Assembly: GCA_024451685.1 (NCBI GenBank)
Contig: JAMXCW010000005.1
Location: forward strand, 78,616-142,615
Length of the DNA stretch: 64,000 nt
Origin: Candidatus Bathyanammoxibius amoris
Lineage (GTDB): Bacteria > Planctomycetota > Brocadiia > Brocadiales > Bathyanammoxibiaceae
Direction of reading: 5' to 3'
How positions within the stretch are numbered: position 1 is the stretch's first letter; each line of letters opens with the position of its first letter. Positions 44,809-54,238 of this stretch are shown here, piece after piece. The notes below the pieces were generated by a model. The model had not been told where the DNA came from. It searched no databases and was given only the letters and a program-made list of their open reading frames with translations. A program made the translations under genes and the position numbers.

Positions 44809-45873
44809 ATGAGCGCGCGCACTGCATCAGTAAGAATGACAAAGGCAACAACGGATACGACTGACGAGGTAAAGGCCTTCAGCAAGAATTTCCGGGCCAT
44901 GATGGATGAGATTGGCAGGGTTATTGTCGGTAACAAGGAACTCATTCGAGACATCCTGATTGCCTTTTTCTGCGGGGGCCATGTGCTTATAGAAGGTCTT
45001 CCGGGACTGGGCAAGACCCTGCTCGTAAAATCTCTCAGCAAGGCCCTGGGTTTTGAGTTCAAAAGGATACAGTTTACCCCGGACCTTATGCCAGCCGACA
45101 TAATAGGGACACAGCTGGTGGTTGAGGGAGAAGACGGCAGAAAGGTGTTCAAATTTTCGAAGGGCCCTATTTTTGGGAACATAATACTGGCGGACGAGAT
45201 AAACCGATCCACACCCAAGACCCAGTCGGCCCTCCTGGAGGCCATGGGGGAACATCAGGTTACCGTTGCCGGCAAAACCAGCGTCCTGGAGGAGCCGTTC
45301 TTCGTGCTTGCGACGCAGAACCCAATTGAGATGGAAGGCACGTATCCCCTCCCGGAGGCACAGATGGACAGGTTCTTTTTTAAACTGAACGTGCAATATC
45401 CGAGCTACGAAGAACTCAAGAGCATCCTTAACCAGACCACCAGGAGTGAAAGTTATGAAGTCGAAAGGGTGTTCACGGAAGACAAGGCCCTGGACAAGGT
45501 GCTGCAGATGCGGCGGCTGGTTAGAGACGTGATTATATCCTCGGAGGTTCAGGATTATATAGTAAACATTGTTATGGCCACACAGCCGGATAGTAATCAT
45601 AATGCGGACGTTTTGAGTAGTGAGATGTGTGAATATGCGAGACGGTACATAAGTTACGGCACGAGTCCAAGGGGCGGGCAAGCCATAGTTCTGGCAGCTA
45701 AGACAGCCGCATTGTTAGACGGCAGGATAAACGTAAGCTTTGAGGACGTTGACAAGGTTGTCGTCGCAGCTCTGAACCACAGGATACTCTTGAATTTCGA
45801 GGCCGAAGCGGACAAGATTGGAACCCGTGACATTATTCAAAAGGTAATGGATGAGCTAAGGCCCGGGGAATAG
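44809..45873 (+). CDS. MoxR-family AAA+ ATPase
   Basis: Walker A GLPGLGKT, Walker B ILADEINR, and ATQNP.E.EGTYPLPEAQ.DRF. Confidence 0.9.
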   Translation: MSARTASVRMTKATTDTTDEVKAFSKNFRAMMDEIGRVIVGNKELIRDILIAFFCGGHVLIEGLPGLGKTLLVKSLSKALGFEFKRIQFTPDLMPADIIGTQLVVEGEDGRKVFKFSKGPIFGNIILADEINRSTPKTQSALLEAMGEHQVTVAGKTSVLEEPFFVLATQNPIEMEGTYPLPEAQMDRFFFKLNVQYPSYEELKSILNQTTRSESYEVERVFTEDKALDKVLQMRRLVRDVIISSEVQDYIVNIVMATQPDSNHNADVLSSEMCEYARRYISYGTSPRGGQAIVLAAKTAALLDGRINVSFEDVDKVVVAALNHRILLNFEAEADKIGTRDIIQKVMDELRPGE

Positions 45874-45878
45874 TTGTT

Positions 45879-46796
45879 ATGCTAAGGGATATTTTTACGC
45901 CCGGCTTCCTGCGCAGACTGGAATGTCTGAAGATCGACGTGAAGAGGGTCCACCTGTCGACCAGAAAGGGCGGCTACGAGTCGGTAAACAAAAAGGGTAC
46001 CAGTCTCGAGTTCGCCGAATACCAGGAATATAATCCGGGTGACGACTTCAGGTACATAGATTGGAATCTCTACGGCAGGCTGGACAAGCTGCTTGTAAAG
46101 ACGTTCAAAGAGGAGGTGGAACTCTCGGTCCACATACTCCTGGACGTCAGTCTTTCCATGCTTTACCCCGAGACCGACAAGAAGCTTGAGTACTCAAAAA
46201 AAATCGCTCTCGTCATGGCCTATATAGGTCTCTCCAGCCAGAACAGCGTAAGGGTGGCGGTCGTCAACACCCTGTCGCCGGGACCCGCCAGCCGGTACAC
46301 TTTACAAACCCCTTTCTTCCAGAGGTTGAACGGAATCTTCAGGATAAAAGACTTTTTGGACGGGGTTGAAATCGGCGGTGAGGCGGATATTGAAGGCTTT
46401 ATGTCCAGATATATATATGAGAACAAAGGCAGGGGGGGGTCTGTTATTATAATATCCGATTTTATGGTCCCGCCGGCCTCCTACAAGAGGGGTATTGATA
46501 TCCTGAGATTTAAGAACTACGACATAAAGGTAATCCAGGTGCTGGGGGCTGAAGAGCTTGACCCGTTCAAGAACATCAGGAGCGGGGAAATTGTGGACGT
46601 AGAGACAAAAGAACGCAGGGTGGTAAAGGTTACCGGTTCACTTAAGAAAGGGTACCACAAACTTCTTAATGAACACAATCAGGAACTCAGCAATTACTGC
46701 AGGACAAACAGGATGGCCTACACACTGGCCAGGACTGACATGGGAATTGAGGGCCTCATCCTGAAGGAATTTCCCAGGATGGGGTTTGTCAGGTGA
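45879..46796 (+). CDS. DUF58 domain protein
   Basis: The EFAEYQEYNPGDDFRYIDWN block is the DUF58 signature. The gene follows moxR by 5 nt. Confidence 0.85.
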   Translation: MLRDIFTPGFLRRLECLKIDVKRVHLSTRKGGYESVNKKGTSLEFAEYQEYNPGDDFRYIDWNLYGRLDKLLVKTFKEEVELSVHILLDVSLSMLYPETDKKLEYSKKIALVMAYIGLSSQNSVRVAVVNTLSPGPASRYTLQTPFFQRLNGIFRIKDFLDGVEIGGEADIEGFMSRYIYENKGRGGSVIIISDFMVPPASYKRGIDILRFKNYDIKVIQVLGAEELDPFKNIRSGEIVDVETKERRVVKVTGSLKKGYHKLLNEHNQELSNYCRTNRMAYTLARTDMGIEGLILKEFPRMGFVR

Positions 46797-46805
46797 CGGC
46801 TTAAA

Positions 46806-48680
46806 ATGGGTATTCTGAACCCTCTTGCTCTTGTCTATCTGCCTTTGATAGGTCTCCTGGTGCTAATGTATCTGTTTCGCAAGAAACATAAGACCGTCCT
46901 CGTGCCGAGCTTTATACCGTGGAGGGGTCTGAGGCAGGACCATTTCAGGACGAAGGCATTTCTGGTCGACGCACTTTTTTTCTTACAACTTATAGCCCTT
47001 TTGCTCCTCATATTCTTCCTGATGCGCCCGTATCTCCCATCTGTCAGCAGCGGCGTAATAGGGAGGGACATCATCGTCCTGATAGATACCTCTGCCAGCA
47101 TGCAGACGCTTGAAGGCGGCCAGACCCGTTTTCAACTGGCCCGGGAGGAGGCGCTAAACCTGGTCGACGAGATGGGTGTTGGTGACAAGATGCAGATAAT
47201 CGCCATGCACACAAGACCACGCATAGTGAATAAAATGTCCGGCAATAAAGACGAGCTGCGTGAACTTATCAGCGGACTCGAACCCCTTGACACGAGCACC
47301 AACCTCGAAGAGGCCCTGAGTCTGGGAATCTCCCTCTTGAGGCACTCAGGTAACGGGGAGATGCATGTCCTTACTGATACGGAAGACCCGGGCCAACTGG
47401 ACAGTAATGTGAGGTACGTGAACCTTGGCGGGCCGCCTAAAGACAATGTTGCAATAACGGGTCTGGACGTGTACCAGGACATGTTTAAGGAATACAGGGA
47501 AAGGGAGGCCTACATTTCCGTGGGAAATTTCTCGGATAAACCAAAGAGGGTTATCCTCAAATCATATCTCGAACATACGCCTATGACGGAACAGGTCGTG
47601 GAACTTCTGCCCCGCGAGGAAAAGGTTATAAGGATCCGGGACATTGTGGGGCCGGGTCTTTTGAAGGTGGAGCTGACCCCTGACGATGCGCTTGGTGTTG
47701 ACAACAGTGCCTATGCCATTATTAAGCATAAAAAGACGCTGAACGCCCTGGTAGTGACGGAGGAACGGCTGTTTATTGAGGAAATAAAAAAGATAGAGAA
47801 TGCCACCGCGCAGGTCAAGTTTTCCGTTGTACCACCGGCCTCCTATAAGCCGGAGATGGTTAAGGACTACGACATCATGATATTTCACCAGTTTGTCCCG
47901 AAGGAGCGGCCTGACGCAAACGCACTTTTCATTTTTCCTCCTAAAGACAACAATCTGTTTCCCGTAGAAGGTTGGACGCGGGGCGCAAGCTTCATTGACT
48001 GGGATACCTCAAGCCCTGTGCTCAGGCACCTTGACTACATGGAAGAACTCTGGGCCTACAAGGCCCTTCACCTGAAACCCGATGAGCACCTGAAACCGTT
48101 CATAATGGCAGCGGGCACGGAAGAGGATTTTCCGCTGGCCCTTGTGGGGACCGTGGACGGCGACAGGGTGGTGGTTCTGGGCTTCGATGTGGCTGATTTC
48201 AATCTGTCAAAGGCGAAGAACATGCCGATACTTATAATGCTCTTGAATATAATTCAATGGCTGAATCCGTATGGCGCGGATACTTATCAGATAAAGACCG
48301 GTGAACCCTTCACGGTAGACCTGAAAGGCTGGCAGGGGGCGGAAAAGATTACACTGTTAACCCCGGAGGGAGAGACGGTTGAGATGGATGCTGCGGGCGA
48401 TGAGGTCGTAATTACTGACACCTACCAGAGCGGGATGTACGCGCTGAGGAAGGGTGAAAATGAGACGAGGTTTGTGGCAAACCTGTTCGACGTCAGGGAG
48501 TCAGACACTAAACCGCTGTCTTTGGGTCAAGAGCAAAAAGAGTTCAAAGAGGCGGTGGCATCCACCTACGTCGAGGAGAAAAGGTGGGAGTTGGGTCGCT
48601 ACATCCTCGCCTTTGTGGCCCTTCTGCTTTTAGCCGAGTGGATTCTGTATTGCTTAAGGGCGCGCTCGGCGTTAACATAA
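46806..48680 (+). CDS. BatA-like protein (aerotolerance-regulator N-terminal TM domain plus vWA domain, C-terminal TM)
   Basis: N-terminal LNPLAL..L.LI.LLVL.YL.R motif, MIDAS DTSASM, and a terminal hydrophobic helix. Confidence 0.8.
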   Translation: MGILNPLALVYLPLIGLLVLMYLFRKKHKTVLVPSFIPWRGLRQDHFRTKAFLVDALFFLQLIALLLLIFFLMRPYLPSVSSGVIGRDIIVLIDTSASMQTLEGGQTRFQLAREEALNLVDEMGVGDKMQIIAMHTRPRIVNKMSGNKDELRELISGLEPLDTSTNLEEALSLGISLLRHSGNGEMHVLTDTEDPGQLDSNVRYVNLGGPPKDNVAITGLDVYQDMFKEYREREAYISVGNFSDKPKRVILKSYLEHTPMTEQVVELLPREEKVIRIRDIVGPGLLKVELTPDDALGVDNSAYAIIKHKKTLNALVVTEERLFIEEIKKIENATAQVKFSVVPPASYKPEMVKDYDIMIFHQFVPKERPDANALFIFPPKDNNLFPVEGWTRGASFIDWDTSSPVLRHLDYMEELWAYKALHLKPDEHLKPFIMAAGTEEDFPLALVGTVDGDRVVVLGFDVADFNLSKAKNMPILIMLLNIIQWLNPYGADTYQIKTGEPFTVDLKGWQGAEKITLLTPEGETVEMDAAGDEVVITDTYQSGMYALRKGENETRFVANLFDVRESDTKPLSLGQEQKEFKEAVASTYVEEKRWELGRYILAFVALLLLAEWILYCLRARSALT

Positions 48681-48683
48681 GTT

Positions 48684-51287
48684 ATGGACCTACAGTTCGA
48701 ACAGCCCATATTCCTTAAGCTCCTGTTCTTGCTTCCCATAATCTGGGGGCTGTCCTTTCTGGCCTTCAGACGCCTGCCCCTCTGGAGGATAGTGTCCTCA
48801 GCCTTCCTGCGCAGCCTTGTGCTGGCACTCCTTATACTGGTGCTGGCGGGTATCCACCGGGTTGATGAGAAACCCAGTGACCTTGCGCTGGTCTTCTGCG
48901 TGGACGTATCAGACAGCATCAGCCAGGAGAACAAGACCTGGGTGGCCGACTATCTGAAAGAGATGGATAAAAAACTCGACGACGACGACAAGAATATCAA
49001 ACGGGCTCTGGTCGTGTTCGGTTCGGATGCCAGAGTCGCCTCACCGATGGCCGGAGGTCTGGAAACAGATTATGGTGAGCTGGAACTCGATACCACACGC
49101 ACCAATATTGCCAACGGAATGCTTTCCGCCCTTAAACTGTTTCCCGAAGACAGCGTCAAGAAGATGGTTCTTCTTACGGACGGTAATGAAAACCTCGGCA
49201 GCAGCGTGCTGGCTTCTTCTATAATAGAGCAAAAAAATACCCATGTTTATACCGTAGAAATCCCACCCCCTCCCACCGTGAAAGAGGTACTTATAAAGAA
49301 ACTGCTCGTACCTCAGGATGTAAACCATGGAGAAACGTTTGACATAAGAATAACGGTTGAGAACAGAAACGATTTTCCTGTCGAAGGCAGTGTCAGCCTG
49401 TCTGAGGGCGAGAACCTCCTCAGTCGATGGGAACTTAGTTTTCCCGCCGGGTTCAGCGTATTTGAGATGCCCTATAAGGGAGAGGAAAAGGGGTTTATTG
49501 AATTTCATGCCGACCTTGAGCTTGACACGGACGCCGACACGAACGACGACAATAACCGTAAGCGCGCCGCGGTTAACGTGGTTGGCAAGCCCCGCATACT
49601 CTACGTCCGTGGAGACCCGAGCAAGAGGGCCTTCTTAGCCGGCGCTATTGAAGAAAAGGACGTTGTAGTGGAAATGGGGGGCATAGACATTATCCCAAAG
49701 ACTTTGAACGAGATGCTGGAGTATGAGTGCATTGTATTCTCCAACGTTCCCGCCAGTGCCGTAAGCCGGGACCAGATGGAAGCGGTGAAGACTTATGTGC
49801 GCGATTTCGGTGGCGGGTTTATTATGGTGGGAGGTGAGAACAGTTATGCCCAGGGCGGTTACAAGAATACCCCGATAGAGGACGTGCTTCCTGTAAATGT
49901 GATTGCGGGCGCCACCAGGAAGGAGAAAAAACCCAAAAGGGCCTCTATTATACTCCTTGTCGACAAGTCAGGCAGTATGACGGGCAAGAAGATCTTTGCC
50001 ACGAAGAAGGCCACGATCGAGTTGTTGAAGCAGCTCAAAGAGGGTGACCAGGTCGGGCTGATTGCCTTTGACGTAGTACCTCACGTTGTGATAGAACTGG
50101 GGCCGGTGCAGAAGATATATGGAAAAGACCTTCTGGCCAAGCTTAGCACCCTTAGCGCCGGCGGTGGCACGGACATATTTCCTGCCATGAAAGAGGCATA
50201 CAACAGATTGTCGAAGAGCGGAGCGAAGGTAAACCATATTATTCTTCTCTCAGACGGCAACACGAGGTCCGTTTACTACAGCTACGAGGCCTTGATGGAC
50301 AAATTAAAGAGGGCTAATATATCTATTTCCACTATAGCCATTGGCGGCTGGCTCGTGAACACCCGTTTGCTGAAGGACATTGCCAAAAGGACGGGGGGAC
50401 AGTTTTATCGCCTGAAGAATATAAACGAACTGCCGCGGCTGGTGGTTCTGGATGCTGATGCCGCCTTGACAAGGGCGGATTTCCACGAGGAAACTTTCAT
50501 TCCCCGTATCGATCCGTCAAGTGAGATACTGAAGGGGTTTTCACAGGAACAGATACCGCCCCTGCAGGGATATTCGTTGACCAGAGCCAAGGCCAGTGCC
50601 GAAGTGCCGGTGTTTACCGAGATAAAGGGTAGACCGGACCCTATACTTGCCAACTGGCGCTATGGTCTGGGAAAGTCGGTTGCCTATACCTCGGATGCCG
50701 AGGCCCGCTGGTCTTCAAAGTGGGTAAACTGGTCCAAATATAATAAGTTCTGGTCTCAGACGGTGCGCTGGGCCATGAGAGACAAGCCCAAGGGAAGCTA
50801 TGTCTTGAAGGTGGACGAGAGTGAAGGGAAACGCGACCTTATCATAGAATCTGGAGGAGACTGGACGGAAGGTACTCAGCTGCAGGCACGCATAATCTCC
50901 GGCGACTCCGGGGAACGGGAGCTGAACCTCAGGCAGATTGCGCCCAAGAGATATACGGCGTCACTTGAGGGGCTGAGTCCGGGGTCATACACAGTAAATC
51001 TCTCCCGGCTTGAGGGCGGCAAGGTTGTAGACCGTGTCACAAAGGGCGTACTTGTGCCGACGAAGAAGGAGTTGGCTTCTGTGGAGGACGCGACACGGGG
51101 GAATAACACAGGGCTCCTGGAGACAATCGCGCAAAGAACCGGGGGCAAATTTAAACCCATGTTTGAGGATATAACCGCTAATACGGAGATGATATTTTTG
51201 ACCGAAGACCTTTCCAAGTACCTTATCCCCATAGCCATGGGCCTGCTTCTCTGTGACATTGCAATTAGAAGAATAGGCATTGTTTAG
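48684..51287 (+). CDS. membrane protein with two vWA domains flanking a GATase1-like (DUF1355-type) domain
   Basis: N-terminal TM helices, MIDAS-like VDVSDSIS and VDKSGSMTG, a central ILYVRGD...FGGGFIMVGG block and a C-terminal TM helix. Confidence 0.8.
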   Translation: MDLQFEQPIFLKLLFLLPIIWGLSFLAFRRLPLWRIVSSAFLRSLVLALLILVLAGIHRVDEKPSDLALVFCVDVSDSISQENKTWVADYLKEMDKKLDDDDKNIKRALVVFGSDARVASPMAGGLETDYGELELDTTRTNIANGMLSALKLFPEDSVKKMVLLTDGNENLGSSVLASSIIEQKNTHVYTVEIPPPPTVKEVLIKKLLVPQDVNHGETFDIRITVENRNDFPVEGSVSLSEGENLLSRWELSFPAGFSVFEMPYKGEEKGFIEFHADLELDTDADTNDDNNRKRAAVNVVGKPRILYVRGDPSKRAFLAGAIEEKDVVVEMGGIDIIPKTLNEMLEYECIVFSNVPASAVSRDQMEAVKTYVRDFGGGFIMVGGENSYAQGGYKNTPIEDVLPVNVIAGATRKEKKPKRASIILLVDKSGSMTGKKIFATKKATIELLKQLKEGDQVGLIAFDVVPHVVIELGPVQKIYGKDLLAKLSTLSAGGGTDIFPAMKEAYNRLSKSGAKVNHIILLSDGNTRSVYYSYEALMDKLKRANISISTIAIGGWLVNTRLLKDIAKRTGGQFYRLKNINELPRLVVLDADAALTRADFHEETFIPRIDPSSEILKGFSQEQIPPLQGYSLTRAKASAEVPVFTEIKGRPDPILANWRYGLGKSVAYTSDAEARWSSKWVNWSKYNKFWSQTVRWAMRDKPKGSYVLKVDESEGKRDLIIESGGDWTEGTQLQARIISGDSGERELNLRQIAPKRYTASLEGLSPGSYTVNLSRLEGGKVVDRVTKGVLVPTKKELASVEDATRGNNTGLLETIAQRTGGKFKPMFEDITANTEMIFLTEDLSKYLIPIAMGLLLCDIAIRRIGIV

Positions 51288-51297
51288 GGTGGATACG

Positions 51298-52068
51298 ATG
51301 AGACCCGTGACGAAGACGGCTTTTCTGCTTTGCGCTGTGTGTATCCTGGTGTGCGGCGCCATTACCCCTGTCCGGGGTGCCTCCCTGTTTTCAGGGCTAA
51401 TCTTGTCCAGGGCTGAAGGAGGGGGGGTGAGGGTTGTTGAGATCTACCCGGGTTCCCCCGCGGCTAAGGCGGGGCTCAAGATTGGCGACGTGGTTACGGA
51501 ACTGGACAGGAAGAGGATCAAGAAACTGGGTGATTTTGTGGAGATATCGCGCAGCCTGGATAAAAGTCTCCCTGAGGTTGAAATTAGGATAATAAGAGAC
51601 GGCAGTACGCATGATTACGTAATAGCCTCGTACAGCGCGCCTGTTTATAAGTTGTGGAGGGTGAAGGTGGTGGAACCGCCTTATTCTGCCCTGGGTGGGG
51701 TATCGCTCATACAGTACTGGCTCGAAAAGGGCAAAAGAAAACTTATGGAGAGTAGAGGGAATGTGCCTGTCAGCAGGAAGGTTGCCGATTACAGAGAAGC
51801 AATCAAGTACTTCTTCTTTGCCTTACACTACGCCCCCTCCTCGGTTGATGCCGGGCTGATGGTGGCAGATACATATAAAGGACTGGGCGAACTCTATCTC
51901 TCCGAAGGCTCTTTGCCGGATGCTCTCGAGAGTTATGCCGAGGCCGCAGAATTCTACAGTAAGACCGGCGATAAGGCCACCAGGGAGAAAGACCTTAAAA
52001 GGGTTTTGGGCGGTCTCCAGGATGTCGAAGAAAGACTGTTCATGCTGCTCCCGCAGGAAAAAGGGTAG
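51298..52068 (+). CDS. secreted PDZ-domain protein with TPR-like C-terminal helices
   Basis: Signal peptide after the ATG at 51298, PDZ block GSPAAKAGLKIGDVVTELD and helical-repeat-like ...ADTYKGLGELYLSEGSLPDALESYAEAAEFY. Confidence 0.65.
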   Translation: MRPVTKTAFLLCAVCILVCGAITPVRGASLFSGLILSRAEGGGVRVVEIYPGSPAAKAGLKIGDVVTELDRKRIKKLGDFVEISRSLDKSLPEVEIRIIRDGSTHDYVIASYSAPVYKLWRVKVVEPPYSALGGVSLIQYWLEKGKRKLMESRGNVPVSRKVADYREAIKYFFFALHYAPSSVDAGLMVADTYKGLGELYLSEGSLPDALESYAEAAEFYSKTGDKATREKDLKRVLGGLQDVEERLFMLLPQEKG

Positions 52069-52177
52069 AACACCACCACACAGGAGTTAGTTGCCACCGG
52101 AAATGAACACTAGCTGCCTAGAACGCCATTTAGAGCTTGTTGCCGTAGACCCGCGTAAAAGCTACTCCAAACACTTA

Positions 52178-52261
52178 TGTCCTTCTGAGCGAAGCGAAGA
52201 ATCTAACATATGGTGTCTTTTGAAAGAGATTCTTCGGTCGTTCCACTCTCTCAGAATGACA
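52178..52261. repeat. complete hairpin copy of the tgtc(a/c)ttctgagcgaagcgaagaatct palindromic element (cattctgag variant)
   Basis: The left arm tgtccttctgagcgaagcgaagaatct pairs with the reverse complement of the right arm agattcttcggtcgttccactctctcagaatgaca. It is followed by a 12-bp tandem duplicate agaatgacaaac x2. Confidence 0.8.
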
Positions 52262-53083
52262 AACAGAATGACAAACATGCAGGGTCTTTCAGGAAACTTC
52301 GTCAAGCAAATATCCTTATGCCTGATTCTATTCCTTGTCGTCGGCTGCGTCCAGAATGTGAGGGAGATACCGTTAAACAGGGAAGGGATGAAAGACATAA
52401 GGACGGTCGCAATACTTACACCGACCACGAGGCCGGACATCACCATGGACACGATGTCCGACGACAGGTTTCTTATGATGCTTTTCAGCGGGCCCGCAAT
52501 AATCCCTATACTTATGAGCCAGGTGGCGATGATTGACGCGAAAAGACAGGAGAGCAAGGAATTTAACGCCCTGACCTATGACGTGCACGTTGGCCGCATG
52601 TTGAGAGAAGACCTCTTCAACAAACTCAAGCGACAGGCACGATTCCACATAGTACCGCCTGATGAAGTGGACGATAATATTACCGTGTACAAGCTGGAAA
52701 ACAAGTATCCGAAGACGAAGGACGACTACGAGATGATTGCGAAGCAGTTGGGGGCGGACACAATAATAGAAATCGACGTCTTAACCTATGGTGTGAATGA
52801 CCCCGGCATATTTGCAAAGCCGCATAGCCTGATAATAGCAAAGGTGGTTATGACAAGGGCGAGAAGCAATGAGGTACTGTGGCAGACAAAGATAGGACAG
52901 GCACTGCCACAGGATAAAAAACTCGGCTTTGATTACGAGAAGTACAGGGAGGATAACGCCAGGTTACTCAAGGAAGAACTGGACACCCTGTCAAGCATGC
53001 TCTCAGAGCAGATAATCGAGGCCCTGGGCTTCGAGGCCATGATACCCACCGCGCAACTCCTTAAGGAACCCCCGCCAAAGTAG
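52256..53083 (+). CDS. lipoprotein of unknown function (last gene of the Bat-like cluster)
   Basis: Lipobox FLVVGC after the internal ATGs at 52256, 52268 and 52277. The longest ORF (from 52091) would translate the palindromic element and is unlikely. Confidence 0.55.
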   Translation: MTNRMTNMQGLSGNFVKQISLCLILFLVVGCVQNVREIPLNREGMKDIRTVAILTPTTRPDITMDTMSDDRFLMMLFSGPAIIPILMSQVAMIDAKRQESKEFNALTYDVHVGRMLREDLFNKLKRQARFHIVPPDEVDDNITVYKLENKYPKTKDDYEMIAKQLGADTIIEIDVLTYGVNDPGIFAKPHSLIIAKVVMTRARSNEVLWQTKIGQALPQDKKLGFDYEKYREDNARLLKEELDTLSSMLSEQIIEALGFEAMIPTAQLLKEPPPK

Positions 53084-53180
53084 CCATTTCGGATTGCAGT
53101 TACCCGATTGTAGGGGGGCAGGAAGAATGGCACAGCGCCTTTTTTGTATAAGTCCTCATAACACCACAGGATAGGACTAA

Positions 53181-53219
53181 TTGAGACAAGACTTAAAATG
53201 GCGCAAATGGCGGTAAAAT
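53181..53219. repeat. left copy of an imperfect direct repeat (ttgag..aaaatggcgcaaatggcggtaaaat)
   Basis: It matches 54151-54200, with the 19-nt core aaaatggcgc(a/g)aatggcgg differing at one position. Together the two copies bracket the isochorismatase-family gene. Confidence 0.75.
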
Positions 53220-53420
53220 CACCTATTGGACACCAGAGGCCATTCGGAGCTAACTCCGGCAAAACCCCATTCCATCTGTTTGTTGTCGATTATTTAATTC
53301 TCCAGCCCAGAGAACATTTTTCCATAAAAGCGTTGCGTAAACCTGCAAATGAGGATAAATTATAAATACAAGGTTGATAAGGCAAAGCTTCTTTGACATG
53401 TTTTTGAAAGGAGGAAAATC

Positions 53421-54134
53421 GTGGCAAAGGCAATAATACCTTGGATTATAACCTTGATAGTGTGCATTTCCCCGTCAAACCTTATCGGCAGCGAAAAGTA
53501 TGCGCCACCTACCGATCCGGCTCTCCCACCATCGGACATGAAGCTTGATCTTAAAAGAACAGCACTCGTGGTGACCGACCCGCAAATAGATTTTCTCAGC
53601 CCAGAAGGAGTTGCCTGGGATGTAGTAAGCGAGAGTGTTGAGGAGCAGAATACGGTGCAAAACATCGGACGTTTGTTCGCGGCAGCCAAGAAGGCCGGTA
53701 TCACAGTGGCAATCTCGCCGCACTATTACTACCCGCCAGACAAGGGCTGGCAGTTCGAGGGTGCACTCGAGAAGCTGATGCACAACATTAACATGTTCGA
53801 CAGGCCTAGCGCTTATAACTTGGAAGGTTTTGAGGGCTCAGGTGCCGATTTTATGCCAGAGTACAAATCATACATCTTCGACGGCAAGACCATCATCTGC
53901 TCACCACACAAAGTGTATGGCCCTGAGCAAAACGACCTTGCCCTACAGCTACGCAGGATGCACGTCGACCAGGTGATCCTCGCAGGTATGTCTGCGAATC
54001 TGTGTGTAGAGTCTCATCTGAGAGAGTTGTTGGAGCAGGGCTTCGAGGTCGCGGTGGTCAAGGATGGGCGCAGGTTGTGGGGGGGGGGTAGAAAGATTGA
54101 CTCACTTCAGATTTGCTCTATATGGCGTAGTTAG
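53421..54134 (+). CDS. isochorismatase-family cysteine hydrolase, secreted, with an atypical 3' end
   Basis: GTG start 7 nt after AGGAGG and a signal-like N-terminus. TALVVTDPQIDF and the catalytic-Cys block VILAGMSANLCVES are present. The reading frame after VVKDG runs through a G10 tract (54079-54088). Confidence 0.8.
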   Translation: MAKAIIPWIITLIVCISPSNLIGSEKYAPPTDPALPPSDMKLDLKRTALVVTDPQIDFLSPEGVAWDVVSESVEEQNTVQNIGRLFAAAKKAGITVAISPHYYYPPDKGWQFEGALEKLMHNINMFDRPSAYNLEGFEGSGADFMPEYKSYIFDGKTIICSPHKVYGPEQNDLALQLRRMHVDQVILAGMSANLCVESHLRELLEQGFEVAVVKDGRRLWGGGRKIDSLQICSIWRS

Positions 54135-54150
54135 CAAGAGATACGATGAC

Positions 54151-54200
54151 TTGAGTGAAAATTAAAAATGGCGCGAATGGCGGAATTTTGTCGGTAAAAT
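54151..54200. repeat. right copy of the direct repeat (ttgag..aaaatggcgcgaatggcgg..ggtaaaat)
   Basis: See 53181-53219. This copy carries a 9-nt insertion, aattttgtc, before ggtaaaat. Confidence 0.75.
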
Positions 54201-54238
54201 GGGGAAAATTGATGGGAAGAATGGCCGATCCTGTTAAG

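Noticed and set aside
44827-45681. 284-aa ORF antisense to the MoxR ATPase gene
   Set aside because: It has no motifs and is fully contained in a gene with clear Walker A and Walker B blocks on the other strand.
53137-53152. Sigma-54-like TGGCAC box downstream of the Bat-like cluster
   Set aside because: The required TTGC element at the fixed 5-nt spacing is absent; the sequence there reads CTTTT.
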